Origin: Eledone cirrhosa
Taxonomy: Eukaryota
NCBI GenBank assembly: GCA_964016885.1
Contig: OZ024756.1
Location: 19,902,001-19,966,000, forward strand
DNA: 64,000 nt
Direction of reading: 5' to 3'
This document shows positions 1 to 12,668 of the stretch, in pieces. Position 1 is the first letter of the stretch. Each line of letters starts with the position of its first letter. The position numbers and the translations under genes are program-made. The notes below the pieces were generated by a model. The model was not told where the DNA came from and did no database searches. It worked only from the letters and a program-made list of their open reading frames with translations.

Positions 1-32
1 CATTCTTTCCTCTAACCACTATACTTGATCAG

Positions 33-155
33 GAATGGGAACTACTAAGTAAAACTTTCGTGTCGGATTTCAAGAGTTCTACACAACCGTTAGAACAAGA
101 GTTACCTCCCTGGATACAAGACCGAGAATGTGCCAGAGCTGTTGCTATACTGAAG
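33..155 (+). CDS. DYNC2H1: Cytoplasmic dynein-2 heavy chain, internal exon (EWELLSKTFVSDFKSSTQPLEQELPPWIQDRECARAVAILK)
   Basis: Bounded by ...atcAG and GTGAG; 123 nt, phase 0/0, open. Resembles the remembered vertebrate DYNC2H1 segment EWD...QLPSWIDQERSWAVATLK and joins in frame to the exon at 9184. Confidence 0.85.
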
Positions 156-904
156 GTGAGTGTTATCATAAATCTGCCTGTTGATTATAATTAGAGATGT
201 TTACCTTGAACTGCTCCAGATGGAGCCCAGGACTGAGGCAGAAGAGTAGGGATGCCACTGCTCCCTTACTATTATAACTGAATTATTTCTATCCCTTTTT
301 TTTTTTGTAGGTGGTGCAGACGTTTCTAATTTTCCAACAGCAATTTTTTTGAGGGGTGCAGTTGCGCCCCCCCCCCCCCCCCTCTGCATCGCCACTATTA
401 CGCCATCATCATCATCGTCGTCATCATTTTAATACCTGCTTCTCTCCTGGTGGATCTTTAGATTTAGAAAATAGAGTTTGTAAAAAAAAGTCCTGAAATA
501 CATTCCTTGTGAATGAGAGTAGCCACCCTGAACCTTCAGAAAGCCCCCCCCCCCCACCCACCCCACCCAATGCTGAATTTTCAGAAACCCCTCACCACCA
601 CAGAATCTTCAGAACCTCCCCCCTCACACAGAATCTTCAGGAAGCTCCCACCCCCAGAATCTTCAGAAACCACTACCCCCGGATTTTATAGAACCCACCC
701 TCCCAAATCTTCAGAAACCACCACCACACCCCAGAATCTTCGGAAACATACACCACCCTGGAATATTCTGAAGATTCTGGCATTTAAACTGGTTGTATCC
801 AGCCAGAAATCTCTCGAATTTTCCTGTTCAAACTAACCATAACCAGCCCCTCTTACCGAAATTAAGCTATTGTTCTCAAAATAAATAATATCAAAATCTC
901 ATAG

Positions 905-1250
905 ATTCGATATTATGTGGGGTAAAGCCCTTACTGTGAAAATACAATAGTAAATATAGAGTAATGTAAATACTATGTGAGATATTATGTGAGGTAAAGC
1001 CCTTACTGCAAAAATCCAATAGTAAATATAGAGTAATGGAAATACTATGTGAGATATTATGTGAGGTAAAGCCCTTACTGCGAAAATCCAATAGTAAATA
1101 TAGAGTAATGTAAATACTATGTGAGATATTATGTGAGGTAAAGCCCTTACTGTGAAAATACAATAGTATATATAGAGTAATGTAAATACTATGTGAGGTA
1201 AAGCCCTTACTGTGAAAATACGATAGTAAATATAGAGTAATGTAAATACT
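905..1250. repeat. 72-bp minisatellite inside a MITE
   Basis: About 4-5 copies of gatattatgtgaggtaaagcccttactg... Confidence 0.9.
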
Positions 1251-1479
1251 AGAGTTAAACCTGGAAGAGCTGAGCCCATCTCCTCTCCAGTCCAGGCCAA
1301 TTTCTTCTAGAGAAAGAGTGAGAGAGTGATATAAAGAGAGATAGACGAAGAAATTGCTCTAGTACTGGACTGGTGCTGGTACTTTATTTATCAGCCTTAA
1401 CAGGATGTTTAGCAGAATAGATCTAGGCAGGATCGATCTTTGAACATAGAGAGCTGGGCATTCAGATAAACACTGGAGC

Positions 1480-4160
1480 CACTGGGGCCTTTACATCAGG
1501 TAACCTAATAACACTTATTAGTTAGCTACCTTTACATAATGTACCTAACAACTGGGGTCTTTACATCAGGTAACCTAATAACACTTATTAGTTAGCTACC
1601 TTTACATTATGTACCTAACAACTGGGGTCTTTATATCAGGTACCCTAATAACACTGATTAGTTAGCTACCTTTACATTATGTACCTAACAACTGGGGTCT
1701 TTATATCAGGTACCCTAATAACACTGATTAGTTAGCTACCTTTACACAATGTACCTAACAACTGGGGTCTTTATATCAGGTACCCTAATAACACTGATTA
1801 GTTAGCTACCTTTACATTATGTACCTAACAACTGGGGTCTTTATATCAGGTACCCTAATAACACTGATTAGTTAGCTACCTTTACATAATGTACCTAACA
1901 ACTGGGGTCTTTATATCAGGTACCCTAATAACACTGATTAGTTAGCTACCTTTACATTATGTACCTAACAACTAGGGTCTTTATATCAGGTACCCTAATA
2001 ACACTGATTAGTTAGCTACCTTTACATTATGTACCTAACAACCGGGGGTCATTATATCAGGTACCCTAATAACACTGATTAGTTAGCTACCTTTACATTA
2101 TGTACCTAACAACTGGGGTCTTTATATCAGGTACCCTAATAACACTGATTAGTTAGCTACCTTTACATTATGTACCTAACAACCGGGGGTCATTATATCA
2201 GGTACCCTAATAACACTGATTAGTTAGCTACCTTTACATTATGTACCTAACAACTGGGGTCTTTATATCAGGTACCCTAATAACACTGATTAGTTAGCTA
2301 CCTTTACATTATGTACCTAACAACCGGGGGTCATTATATCAGGTACCCTAATAACACTGATTAGTTAGCTACCTTTACATAATGTACCTAACAACTGGGG
2401 GTCATTATATCAGGTACCCTAATAACACTGATTAGTTAGCTACCTTTACATAATGTACCTAACAACTGGGGGTCATTATATCAGGTACCCTAATAACACT
2501 TATTTGTTAGCTACCTTTACATAATGTACCTAACAACTGGGGTCTTTACATCAGGTACCCTAATAACACTGATTAGTTAGCTACCTTTACATTATGTACC
2601 TAACAACTGGGGTCTTTATATCAGGTACCCTAATGACCTTGATTAGTTAGTTACCTTTACATAATGTACCTAACAACTGGGGGTCATTATATCAGGTACC
2701 CTAATAACACTGATTAGTTAGCTACCTTTACATTATGTACCTAACAACCGGGGGTCATTATATCAGGTACCCTAATAACACTGATTAGTTAGCTACCTTT
2801 ACATAATGTACCTAACAACTGGGGGTCATTATATCAGGTACCCTAATAACACTGATTAGTTAGCTACCTTTACATTATGTACCTAACAACTGGGGTCTTT
2901 ACATCAGGTACCCTAATGACACTCATTAATTAGCTACCTTTACATAATGTACCTAACAACTGGGGTTCATTATATCAGGTACCCTAATAACACTGATTAG
3001 TTAGCTACCTTTACATTATGTACCTAACAACCGGGGGTCATTATATCAGGTACCCTAATGACACTGATTAGTTAGCTACCTTTACATAATGTACCTAACA
3101 ACTGGGGGTCATTATATCAGGTACCCTAATAACACTGATTAGTTAGCTACCTTTACATTATGTACCTAACAACTGGGGTCTTTATATCAGGTACCCTAAT
3201 AACACTGATTAGTTAGCTACCTTTACATAATGTACCTAACAACTGGCGTCTTTATATCAGGTACCCTAATAACACTGATTAGTTAGCTACCTTTACATAA
3301 TGTACATAACAACTGGGGGTCATTATATCAGGTACCCTAATAACACTGATTAGTTAGCTACCTTTACATTATGTACCTAACAACCGGGGGTCATTATATC
3401 AGGTACCCTAATAACACTGATTAGTTAGTTACCTTTACATAATGTACCTAACAACTGGGGGTCATTATATCAGGTACCCTAATAACACTGATTAGTTAGC
3501 TACCTTTCCATTATGTACCTAACAACCGGGGGTCATTATATCAGGTACCCTAATAACACTGATTAGTTAGTTACCTTTACATAATGTACCTAACAACTGG
3601 GGGTCATTATATCAGGTACCCTAATAACACTGATTAGTTAGCTACCTTTACATTATGTACCTAACAACCGGGGGTCATTATATCAGGTACCCTAATAACA
3701 CTGATTAGTTAGCTACCTTTACATTATGTACCTAACAACTGGGGTCTTTACATCAGGTACCCTAATGACACTCATTAATTAGCTACCTTTACATAATGTA
3801 CCTAACAACTGGCGTCTTTATATCAGGTACCCTAATAACACTGATTAGTTAGCTACCTTTACATAATGTACCTAACAACTGGGGTCTTTATATCAGGTAC
3901 CCTAATAACACTGATTAGTTAGCTACCTTTACATTATGTACCTAACAACTGGGGTCTTTACATCAGGTACCCTAATGACACTGATTAGTTAGCTACCTTT
4001 ACATAATGTACCTAACAACTGGGGGTCATTATATCAGGTACCCTAATAACACTGATTAGTTAGTTACCTTTACATAATGTACCTAACAACTGGGGGTCAT
4101 TATATCAGGTACCCTAATAACACTGATTAGTTAGCTACCTTTACATAATGTACCTAACAA
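1480..4160. repeat. 70/71-bp minisatellite, about 38 copies
   Basis: Unit actggggtctttatatcaggtaccctaataacactgattagttagctacctttacattatgtacctaaca. Confidence 0.97.
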
Positions 4161-4699
4161 AAGACTAATGAGATGAATAGATCATTTTTAATGTTTTATG
4201 TAAATTATATGTAAATTATATGTAAATTACTTGTGTAAGCTGATTTATATGCAAAGTAATCGATATTATTTATAAAAGTAATCAATAGTATTTGTAATGT
4301 AAGCAACATTAAACAAAATCTGAAGTCTTTTGGTGGTGGGGGAGGTGATGGGGATGGTTGTTAAGGTGAGGTGGTGGTGGTGGGGGGGTGATGGGAAGTG
4401 ATGGGGATGGTTGTTAAGGTGAGGTGGGGGGGGTGATGGGAAGTGATGAGGATGGTTGTTAAGGTGAGGTGGTGGTGGTAGGTGGGGGGGTGATGGGAAG
4501 TGATGGGGATGGTTGTTAAAGTGAGGTGGTGGTGGTGGTAGGTGGGGGGGATGGTGATGGGATGGGGATGGTTGTTAAGGTGAGGTGGTGGTGGTAGGTG
4601 GGGGGAGGATTTTCAGAAAAACATACTGTTGCCATAGAGCAATTGTTATCACAAAGACTTACTGCATTAAAAAAGGGTCTTCAGATATTCCCTCAGCAG

Positions 4700-7130
4700 A
4701 CAGACAGACAGACAGACAGATACAGAGGCAGTGTGGTGGTAGCAGTGGTGGTGGCAGTGGTGGTAGCATGTATGTGTAGTGGTGTGTGACAGACAGATAC
4801 AGAGGCAGTGTGGTGGTAGCAGTGGTGGTGGCAGTGGTGGTGGCAGTGGTGGTGGCAGTGGTGGTGGCAGTGGTGGTGGCAGTGGTAGTAGCATGTATGT
4901 GTAGTGGTGTGTGTGTGTAGTGGTGTGTGTGTAGTGGTGTGTGTGTGTGTGTGTAGTACAGAGGCAGTGTGGTGGTAGCAGTGGTGGTGGCAGTGGTGGT
5001 AGCATGTATGTGTAGTGGTGTGTGACAGACAGATACAGAGGCGGTGTGGTGGTAGCAGTGGTGGTGGCAGTGGTGGTAGCATGTATGTGTAGTGGTGTGT
5101 GACAGACAGATGCAGAGGCAGTGTGGTGGTAGCAGTGGTGGTGGCAGTGGTAGTAGCATGTATGTGTAGTGGTGTGTGACAGACAGATACAGAGGCAGTG
5201 TGGTGGTAGCAGTGGTGGTGGCAGTGGTGGTGGCATGTATGTGTAGTGGTGTGTGACAGACAGATACAGAGGCAGTGTGGTGGTAGCAGTGGTGGTGGCA
5301 GTGGTGGTGGCAGTGGTGGTAGCATGTATGTGTAGTGGTGTGTGACAGACAGATACAGAGGCAGTGTGGTGGTAGCAGTGGTGGTGGCAGTGGTGGTAGC
5401 ATGTATGTGTAGTGGTGTGTGACAGACAGATACAGAGGCAGTGTGGTGGTAGCAGTGGTGGTAGCAGTGGTGGTGGCAGTGGTGGTGGCATGTATGTGTA
5501 GTGGTGTGTGACAGACAGATACAGAGGCAGTGTGGTGGTAGCAGTGGTGGTGGCAGTGGTGGTGGCATGTATGTGTAGTGGTGTGTGACAGACAGATACA
5601 GAGGCAATGTGGTGGTAGCAGTGGTGGTGGCAGTGGTGGTAGCATGTATGTGTAGTGGTGTGTGACAGACAGATACAGAGGCAGTGTGGTGGTAGCAGTG
5701 GTGGTGGCAGTGGTGGTGGCAGTGGTGGTAGCATGTATGTGTAGTGGTGTGTGACAGACAGATACAGAGGCAGTGTGGTGGTAGCAGTGGTGGTGGCAGT
5801 GGTGGTGGCAGTGGTGGTAGCATGTATGTGTAGTGGTGTGTGACATACAGATACAGAGGCAGTGTGGTGGTAGCAGTGGTGGTGGCAGTGGTGGTGGCAG
5901 TGGTGGTAGCATGTATGTGTAGTGGTGTGTGACAGACAGATACAGAGGCAGTGTGGTGGTAGCAGTGGTGGTGGCAGTGGTGGTGGCAGTGGTGGTAGCA
6001 TGTATGTGTAGTGGTGTGTGACAGACAGATACAGAGGCAGTGTGGTGGTAGCAGTGGTGGTGGCAGTGGTGGTGGCAGTGGTGGTAGCATGTATGTGTAG
6101 TGGTGTGTGACAGACAGATACAGAGGCAGTGTGGTGGTAGCAGTGGTGGTGGCAGTGGTGGTGGCAGTGGTGGTAGCATGTATGTGTAGTGGTGTGTGAC
6201 AGACAGATACAGAGGCAGTGTGGTGGTAGCAGTGGTGGTGGCAGTGGTGGTAGCATGTATGTGTAGTGGTGTGTGACAGACAGATACAGAGGCAGTGTGG
6301 TGGTAGCAGTGGTGGTGGCAGTGGTGGTGGCAGTGGTGGTAGCATGTATGTGTAGTGGTGTGTGACAGACAGATACAGAGGCAGTGTGGTGGTAGCAGTG
6401 GTGGTGGCAGTGGTGGTGGCAGTGGTGGTAGCATGTATGTGTAGTGGTGTGTGACAGACAGATACAGAGGCAGTGTGGTGGTAGCAGTGGTGGTGGCAGT
6501 GGTGGTGGCAGTGGTGGTAGCATGTATGTGTAGTGGTGTGTGACAGACAGATACAGAGGCAGTGTGGTGGTAGCAGTGGTGGTGGCAGTGGTGGTAGCAT
6601 GTATGTGTAGTGGTGTGTGACAGACAGATACAGAGGCAGTGTGGTGGTAGCAGTGGTGGTGGCAGTGGTGGTAGCATGTATGTGTAGTGGTGTGTGACAG
6701 ACAGATACAGAGGCAGTGTGGTGGTAGCAGTGGTGGTGGCAGTGGTGGTAGCATGTATGTGTAGTGGTGTGTGACAGACAGATACAGAGGCAGTGTGGTG
6801 GTAGCAGTGGTGGTGGCAGTGGTGGTGGCAGTGGTGGTAGCATGTATGTGTAGTGGTGTGTGACAGACAGATACAGAGGCAGTGTGGTGGTAGCTGTGGT
6901 GGTGGCAGTGGTGGTAGCATGTATGTGTAGTGGTGTGTGTGTAGTGGTGTGTGTGTGTGTGTGTGTAGTACAGAGGCAGTGTGGTGGTAGCAGTGGTGGT
7001 GGCAGTGGTGGTAGCATGTGTGTGTAGTGGTGTGTGTGTGTAGTGGTGTGTGTGTGTGTGTGTAGTACAGAGGCAGTGTGGTGGTAGCAGTGGTGGTGGC
7101 AGTGGTGGTAGCATGTGTGTGTAGTGGTGT
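4700..7130. repeat. G-rich 77/89-bp minisatellite
   Basis: gacagacagatacagaggcagtgtggtggtagcagtggtggtggca... with a variable 12-bp subunit. Confidence 0.97.
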
Positions 7131-7322
7131 GTGTGTGTGTAGTGGTGTGTGTGTGTGTGTAGTGGTGTGTGTGTGTAGTGGTGTGTGTGTGTGTGTGTAG
7201 AGGTGTGTGTGTGTGTGTGTGTGTGGTTGAGGTCAAAGGTGAGGTAATGATGCAGTGGTGGTCACTGTGAAGGTCATGGTAGTAATGGTGGTGGTGGTGG
7301 TGGTGGTGGTGGTGGTGGTGGT

Positions 7323-7382
<60 letters not shown>

Positions 7383-7394
7383 GGGTGTTTGGAG

Positions 7395-7840
7395 TCAGAG
7401 ACAGAGGTAGTGTATGTGGTTGTAGTGGTCACTGGTGGTGGTCACAGTGGTAGTGGTGTGAGGAGTAGTTGGAGGGGAGTGGTGGTCAGAGACAGAGGTA
7501 GTGTATGTGGTTGTAGTGGTCACTGTTGGTGGTCACAGTGGTAGTGGTGTGAGGAGTAGTTGGAGGGGAGTGGTGGTCAGAGACAGAGGTAGTGTATGTG
7601 GCTGGAGGTGGTCACTGTTGGTGGTCACAGTGGTAGTGGTGTGGGAGTAGTTGGAGGGGGGGGGGGTCAGAGACAGGGGCAATGTATGTGGCTGGAGGTG
7701 GTCACTGGTGGTGGTCACAGTGGTGGCAGTGTGGGAGTAGTTGGAGGGGGGGGGGGGGTCAGAGACAGGGGTAGTGTATGTGGCTGGAGGTGGTCACTGG
7801 TGGTGGTCACAGTGGTGGCAGTGTGGGAGTAGTTGGAGGA
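7395..7840. repeat. About 91-bp G-rich tandem repeat, 5 copies
   Basis: tcagagacag.ggtagtgtatgtgg recurs at about 91-bp spacing. Confidence 0.9.
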
Positions 7841-8189
7841 GTGCTTTAGAGAATATTTCGATGATTCTCCAGATTAATGAATAAATTTCTGCCGGAATGT
7901 TCCAACAATAAACAAATATATTCTCAAGTGGAAAATATTTCCCAGAAAGAATACAATGCTGAGAATGTATTTCTTTGGAGAGAATAGTAGGGGGGGGGGG
8001 GGGGTTCTATAGAAACATCTGGCATCTTAGAATGGAATGGAATGGAATTGAGTTGAGTTGAATGGAATGGAATTATTAATGTTGTTTAAATTCGGGGAGA
8101 GGTTTATTGATATTTATTTAGAAAAGAGGAGAAAATATTGAGTGACATTTCAGGCCATTGCACTATACTATACTATACTTGGTATTAGT

Positions 8190-8460
8190 TGTGTAGGTGT
8201 CATGATAAAACGTACCCAGCCCACACTGTAGGGTGGTCAGGTTGTGTAGGTGTCACGAGAAAAAGCACCCAACCCACACAGGAGTCATGACAAAAAACAC
8301 CCAGCCCACACTATTAAGTGGTCGTGTAGGTGTCATGACAAACAGCACCCAGCCCACACTATTAAGTGGTCGTGTAGGTGTCATGACAAACAGCACCCAG
8401 CCCACACTATTAAGTGGTCATGTAGGTGTCATGACAAACAGCACCCAGCCCACATTGTAA
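8190..8460. repeat. 48-bp tandem repeat derived from a SINE-internal module
   Basis: gtaggtgtcatgacaaa.agcacccagcccacact; same unit as 14180-14720. Confidence 0.85.
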
Positions 8461-8481
8461 TGTGAAATGAAACTGGAAGGC

Positions 8482-8523
<42 letters not shown>

Positions 8524-8674
8524 TTGTATATAAATAAATGTGTATATGTATATATATAAATGTGTGTGTATATACATATATATATATATACGTATGTGTG
8601 TGTGTATATATATATATGGGTATCTGTGATCTATATACACTGGTCATAGACACACACACACATATACACAGACA

Positions 8675-8756
<82 letters not shown>

Positions 8757-9183
8757 CACACACCACCACCACCAGCTCTCTCTTCCATTTTCCTTCTCTG
8801 TCTCCCCTCCCTCTCTCTATGTCTCTCTTTCAATCTACTCTCTCACAACCACTATCTCTTTCTCTCTATCATTCTCTCTCTCTGTTTATGAATGTACCCG
8901 AGAAAGGTACTACCCAGAAAACCCTATATCTCGGGAACCCGTGCTTCGATTTACACGAAACTTGTTTTATTCCATTTGTATTCCCATTTCAGGGCCAACC
9001 TCTTTTCAAAGTATTTTCCCATTAGGCGCCCTTTTGGCTGTATTACATTACAGACAAGCAAGCAAGGAACCACAGAGTTTTAGTATTAGATTTTATAGCA
9101 GCTCCATGAGCACACACACCATTGTTTATATTAACTGTCCCTTCCCATACAGTTTTACTTTGATGTCCTTATTTCTGTTTCAG

Positions 9184-9388
9184 CATAATTTCTCTGAACT
9201 TTATGGAAAACTCAATTTCCAAGACTCCAACCTGTGGACAGAGTTCCTCCAGAGCAGATCTTGTGAACAGGAATTCCCGAAAACAGTTGAGAAGAACATC
9301 AGTAAATTTCAACGCCTCCTTGTTATCCAGGCCACCAGACCCGACCATCTCCAAACAGCCATGACACAATTTGCTTGTCATCTACTTG
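9184..9388 (+). CDS. DYNC2H1: DYNC2H1 exon (HNFSELYGKLNFQDSNLW...FQRLLVIQATRPDHLQTAMTQFACHLL-G)
   Basis: Polypyrimidine tttctgtttcAG acceptor and GTAAC donor; phase 0/1. The motif CEQEFP...FQxxLVxQAxRPDxLQxAM is characteristic of dynein-2 heavy chain. Confidence 0.93.
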
Positions 9389-9559
9389 GTAACTGCTATT
9401 TTGACATGTTTTTTTTTTTATAAAAGGATATTTGGTGTGTTTTACAAACCCCACATGTTTATATAATAGATGAAAAAATTGTTGTGTGTTTAAGTTTTTT
9501 CACTTCACAACAATAAGTTTCTAGGATTGATCCCTTTATGTGGAACATTTAGGTTCACC

Positions 9560-9845
9560 AATGGGTTTCTGGGGTTGATCCTTCTATGTGGTATCTTAGG
9601 CCTCACTGGTGGGTTTCAGGGATTGATCGCTCTATGTGGTATCTTAGGCCTCACTGGTAGGTTTCTGGGGTTGATCCTTCTATGTGGTATCTTAGGCCTC
9701 ATCAGTGGGTTTCTGGGGTTGATACCTCTATGTGGTATCTTAGGCCTCATCAGTGGGTTTCTGGGGTTGATCCCTCTATGTGGTATCTTAGGCCTCATCA
9801 GTGGGTTACTGGGGTTGATCCCTATATGTGGTATCTTAGGCCTTA
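9560..9845. repeat. 48-bp tandem repeat, about 6 copies, followed by a SINE 3' end
   Basis: ggttgatccctctatgtggtatcttaggcctcatcagtgggtttctgg. Confidence 0.9.
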
Positions 9846-10869
9846 TATAGTTCCACACTAAAAATGTGGTTGGTGTTAGAAAGAGCATCCAATTGTAACA
9901 TAAATACCCGGCAAAATGTACAGTCTTCATTAGAGCTAGGTATAGCGTGGCCAACTTGGGCCAGACATGCCGCCCAATGTGTACGACCTATCTAACCCAT
10001 GCAAGCATGGAAAAATGGACGCTATATGATGATGATGATGATATATATAATTGTTTCTACTTTCGGCACAAGGCCAGCAATTACCCCAGTGCATTACTGG
10101 TGCTTTATTTTATCAACCCCGTAAGGATGAAAGGCAAAGCTAACCTCGGCGGGATTTGAACTCAGAATGTAAATGGCCATAACTCTATGCTGCAAAGCTT
10201 TGTGTCGGACGCTCTACGGATACTGTACAATATATATAATAATTGAAAATTATTGTAGCAATATGGTGGTCCAAAAATTTTATGTAAGTTGTTTATAAAG
10301 TAATTTCTTCTCCAGGTGTGTGTAAGCTAAGCTGACATTGGAAGAGCTATAAGTTTGATAAATGTAATACGCTATAAGTATTAGGACAGCAATATAAGTG
10401 TGATAAATGGGATGTGTTGTAAGTATTAGGCTGGGAGAATAAGAAATAAGGTTTATTATGAGACAAACTGAGAATAATTTTGTGCAATATCACCGGTGAA
10501 ACTATTTATCAGTCTGATTATTTGACAGAATAACCATTGTGTGTGTGTGTGTTTGTGGACATGTTAGTGTGTGTGTGTTTGTGTGGGGGTATGTGTGCGT
10601 GTTTGGGGGTATGTGTGTGTATGTTTGTGGACATGTTAGTGTGTGTATGTTTGTGGATATGTGAGTGTGTGTGTATGTGTGCGTGTTTGGGGGCTATGTG
10701 TGTATGTGTTTGTGGGCATGTATGTGAGTATGTATATGTGTGCAATTATGGGGGTATGTGTATGTGTGCAGTTGTGTGTGTGTGGGGGGGGGGGGTATGT
10801 GTTTGGGTGTGTATGTGTATGTGGGTCCGTGTTTGTGTTTGTGTGCGTGTATGTTTGCATGTTGCTGTT

Positions 10870-11085
10870 GGTGTTAGTGGGGGAGTAAGTAATAGGTTGC
10901 GTGAAGCTGCTGTTAACTAATCCCGCATTGTAATATGGTGCCGCTCTGTCAAAGATTGCCTTATTAGAGGAGAGGTTAGAGATTCTAGTACCTATATTAT
11001 TCACAAAGTTTCTAAAAACAGTAGGAGGGTGGCATGAGTCCTTGTGTATGTAATTAAGTTTTTCGTTTAGTTTTTAGTGACCATT
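10870..11085 (-). mobile_element. Penelope-like retroelement RT C-terminal (thumb) remnant
   Basis: Translates as [57 protein letters not shown], matching the PLE pattern YIHxxSNHPP...RISxLSSNxxIF...PxYxxAL. Confidence 0.75.
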
Positions 11086-11147
11086 TCTGCGCATGCATAT
11101 TCATACGGTTGTTTCTCCTTTTCCTGTTCCATAGAACCATTCTCAGT

Positions 11148-11186
11148 TCGAGCTGAAGATCCTCAACGTGAAACAATTGTTCTCAG
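11148..11186 (+). ncRNA. Degenerate hammerhead in an inverted pLTR-like segment next to a PLE RT remnant
   Basis: gag-CTGAAGA-tcctcaacgt-GAAA-C-AATT-G-TT-ctc, followed by the ACTC...GAGT tail and (TA)n at about 11284. Confidence 0.5.
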
Positions 11187-11821
11187 TATGGTGAACTAAC
11201 TGTTGTGTTACTATTTCTACCAAACTCGTCCCATGGACTGAGTGTTCTACTACTACGGATATTACCCTCCAGTGTTCTAACTTTATATATATATATATAT
11301 ATGTAAAATTCTTTGTCTTTCTGTCTGTCTTTTCCTTATGTATTCTCAAACGGCTCAACCAAATTAATTTAAATGTTACAAGGTAATAATAGTATTAGAC
11401 CCAGAGATTAACAACATGTAATTTTTATTTTTATTTGGATTAAAACAATATAACATTTTAACTAAAATATTCTACTTTAGACTATAAGTAAACAACATTT
11501 TATAACATGACAATGACAACATCACCTTTTGTATATGAGTGTGTATGTGTCTGTGAGTATGTGTGTGTTTATGCATTCGTTACATACGTTAGGCCTTAGT
11601 AAGTAGCAATAGCAGCAGCAGTAGTTGTAGTATTAGCAGCAGTAGTAGTATTAGCAGCAGCAGTAGTAGTAGTAGTAGTAGCAGCAGCAATAGCAGCAGC
11701 AGTAGCAATAGCAGCAGCAGTAGTAGTAATATTAGCAGCAGCAGTAGTAGTAGTATTAGCAGCAGCATCAGTTTAGCCATGACCCATACTAAGTGACTGT
11801 ACTTTATATTTGACCTGTTAG

Positions 11822-11903
11822 GGTTGGACCAAATTTTATGAGTTCAATAATTCTGACCTGAGAGCTGGGGCTGACATTATTGACAGATTATTTCATCAAT
11901 CAG
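11822..11903 (+). CDS. DYNC2H1: DYNC2H1 exon (GWTKFYEFNNSDLRAGADIIDRLFHQS-G)
   Basis: ctgttAG acceptor and GTAAG donor; phase 0/1. GWTKFYEFxxSDLRAG is the dynein heavy chain AAA6-lid motif in its dynein-2 form. Confidence 0.93.
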
Positions 11904-12371
11904 GTAAGTTGTTCTGTCTTTCTTTCTTACCTTCTTTCTTACCTTTTTTATTTATTTACTTCTTTCATTAACTTCTTCTTCCTTTCCTACTTTCTTTGTC
12001 TGTGCAGGTAGGGAGTAAACATGTACCATACACTGTCTCTTTCTCATCATATTCTCTCTAACCCCCCCCCCCCCCCATCTCCCGCTCCCTCATTCACCTC
12101 TCCTCTATCCCCCCTATCTCCTCCATCCCCATTTCCCTTCTCCACACATCCACAATCTCCCCCCATACCCCCACATCCCCTCTCTGCTCCCCCCATCCTC
12201 CCCCATCCCTCTATATATATATATATACAAACCACAATACCTTTTCCCCCCTCCAATCAATCAATAATTTACTCAATCTATCAATCTCTCAAGACAATAA
12301 ATGTATTTCCATTGATCCAATTATTCATGTCTCTTATATATTTCTCTCTTTCTATCCTCTCACCTGTCCAG

Positions 12372-12565
12372 GTCGTAATATTCAATGGCAGTGGATCCAT
12401 GGTCTCTTTGAACTGGCTATCTATGGTGGCCGAGTTGACAATGCCTTTGACATCCGGGTTTTGGTCTCTTACCTGAAGACATTCTTCGACAACCGAGTGT
12501 TGGGAGAACATGTGAGTGACCGACGGATTGGATCTCTGCAACTGCCCAATTCCTGCCAGTACAGA
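12372..12565 (+). CDS. DYNC2H1: DYNC2H1 exon (GRNIQWQWIHGLFELAIYGGRVDNAFDIRVLVSYLKTFF...LPNSCQYR)
   Basis: ctgtccAG acceptor and GTAAG donor; phase 1/0, compatible with both neighbours. Contains the IYGGRxDN dynein motif. Confidence 0.95.
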
Positions 12566-12668
12566 GTAAGTATTTCATCATGTCCAACCTTTATCCCTTT
12601 CAGAAATAGAAACCAAACCTCCCTCAAATTAAATCTTCTTACCTAAAGAAAAACAAGATACATTAGAT

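Noticed and set aside
1480-4160. Regular array resembling CRISPR
   Set aside because: Head-to-tail near-identical units with no unique spacers, no cas genes, and a eukaryotic context.
4659-7236. 753-847 aa ORFs in all three minus frames
   Set aside because: Translations of a stop-free minisatellite; the same peptides cycle through all frames and the region lies in a dynein intron.
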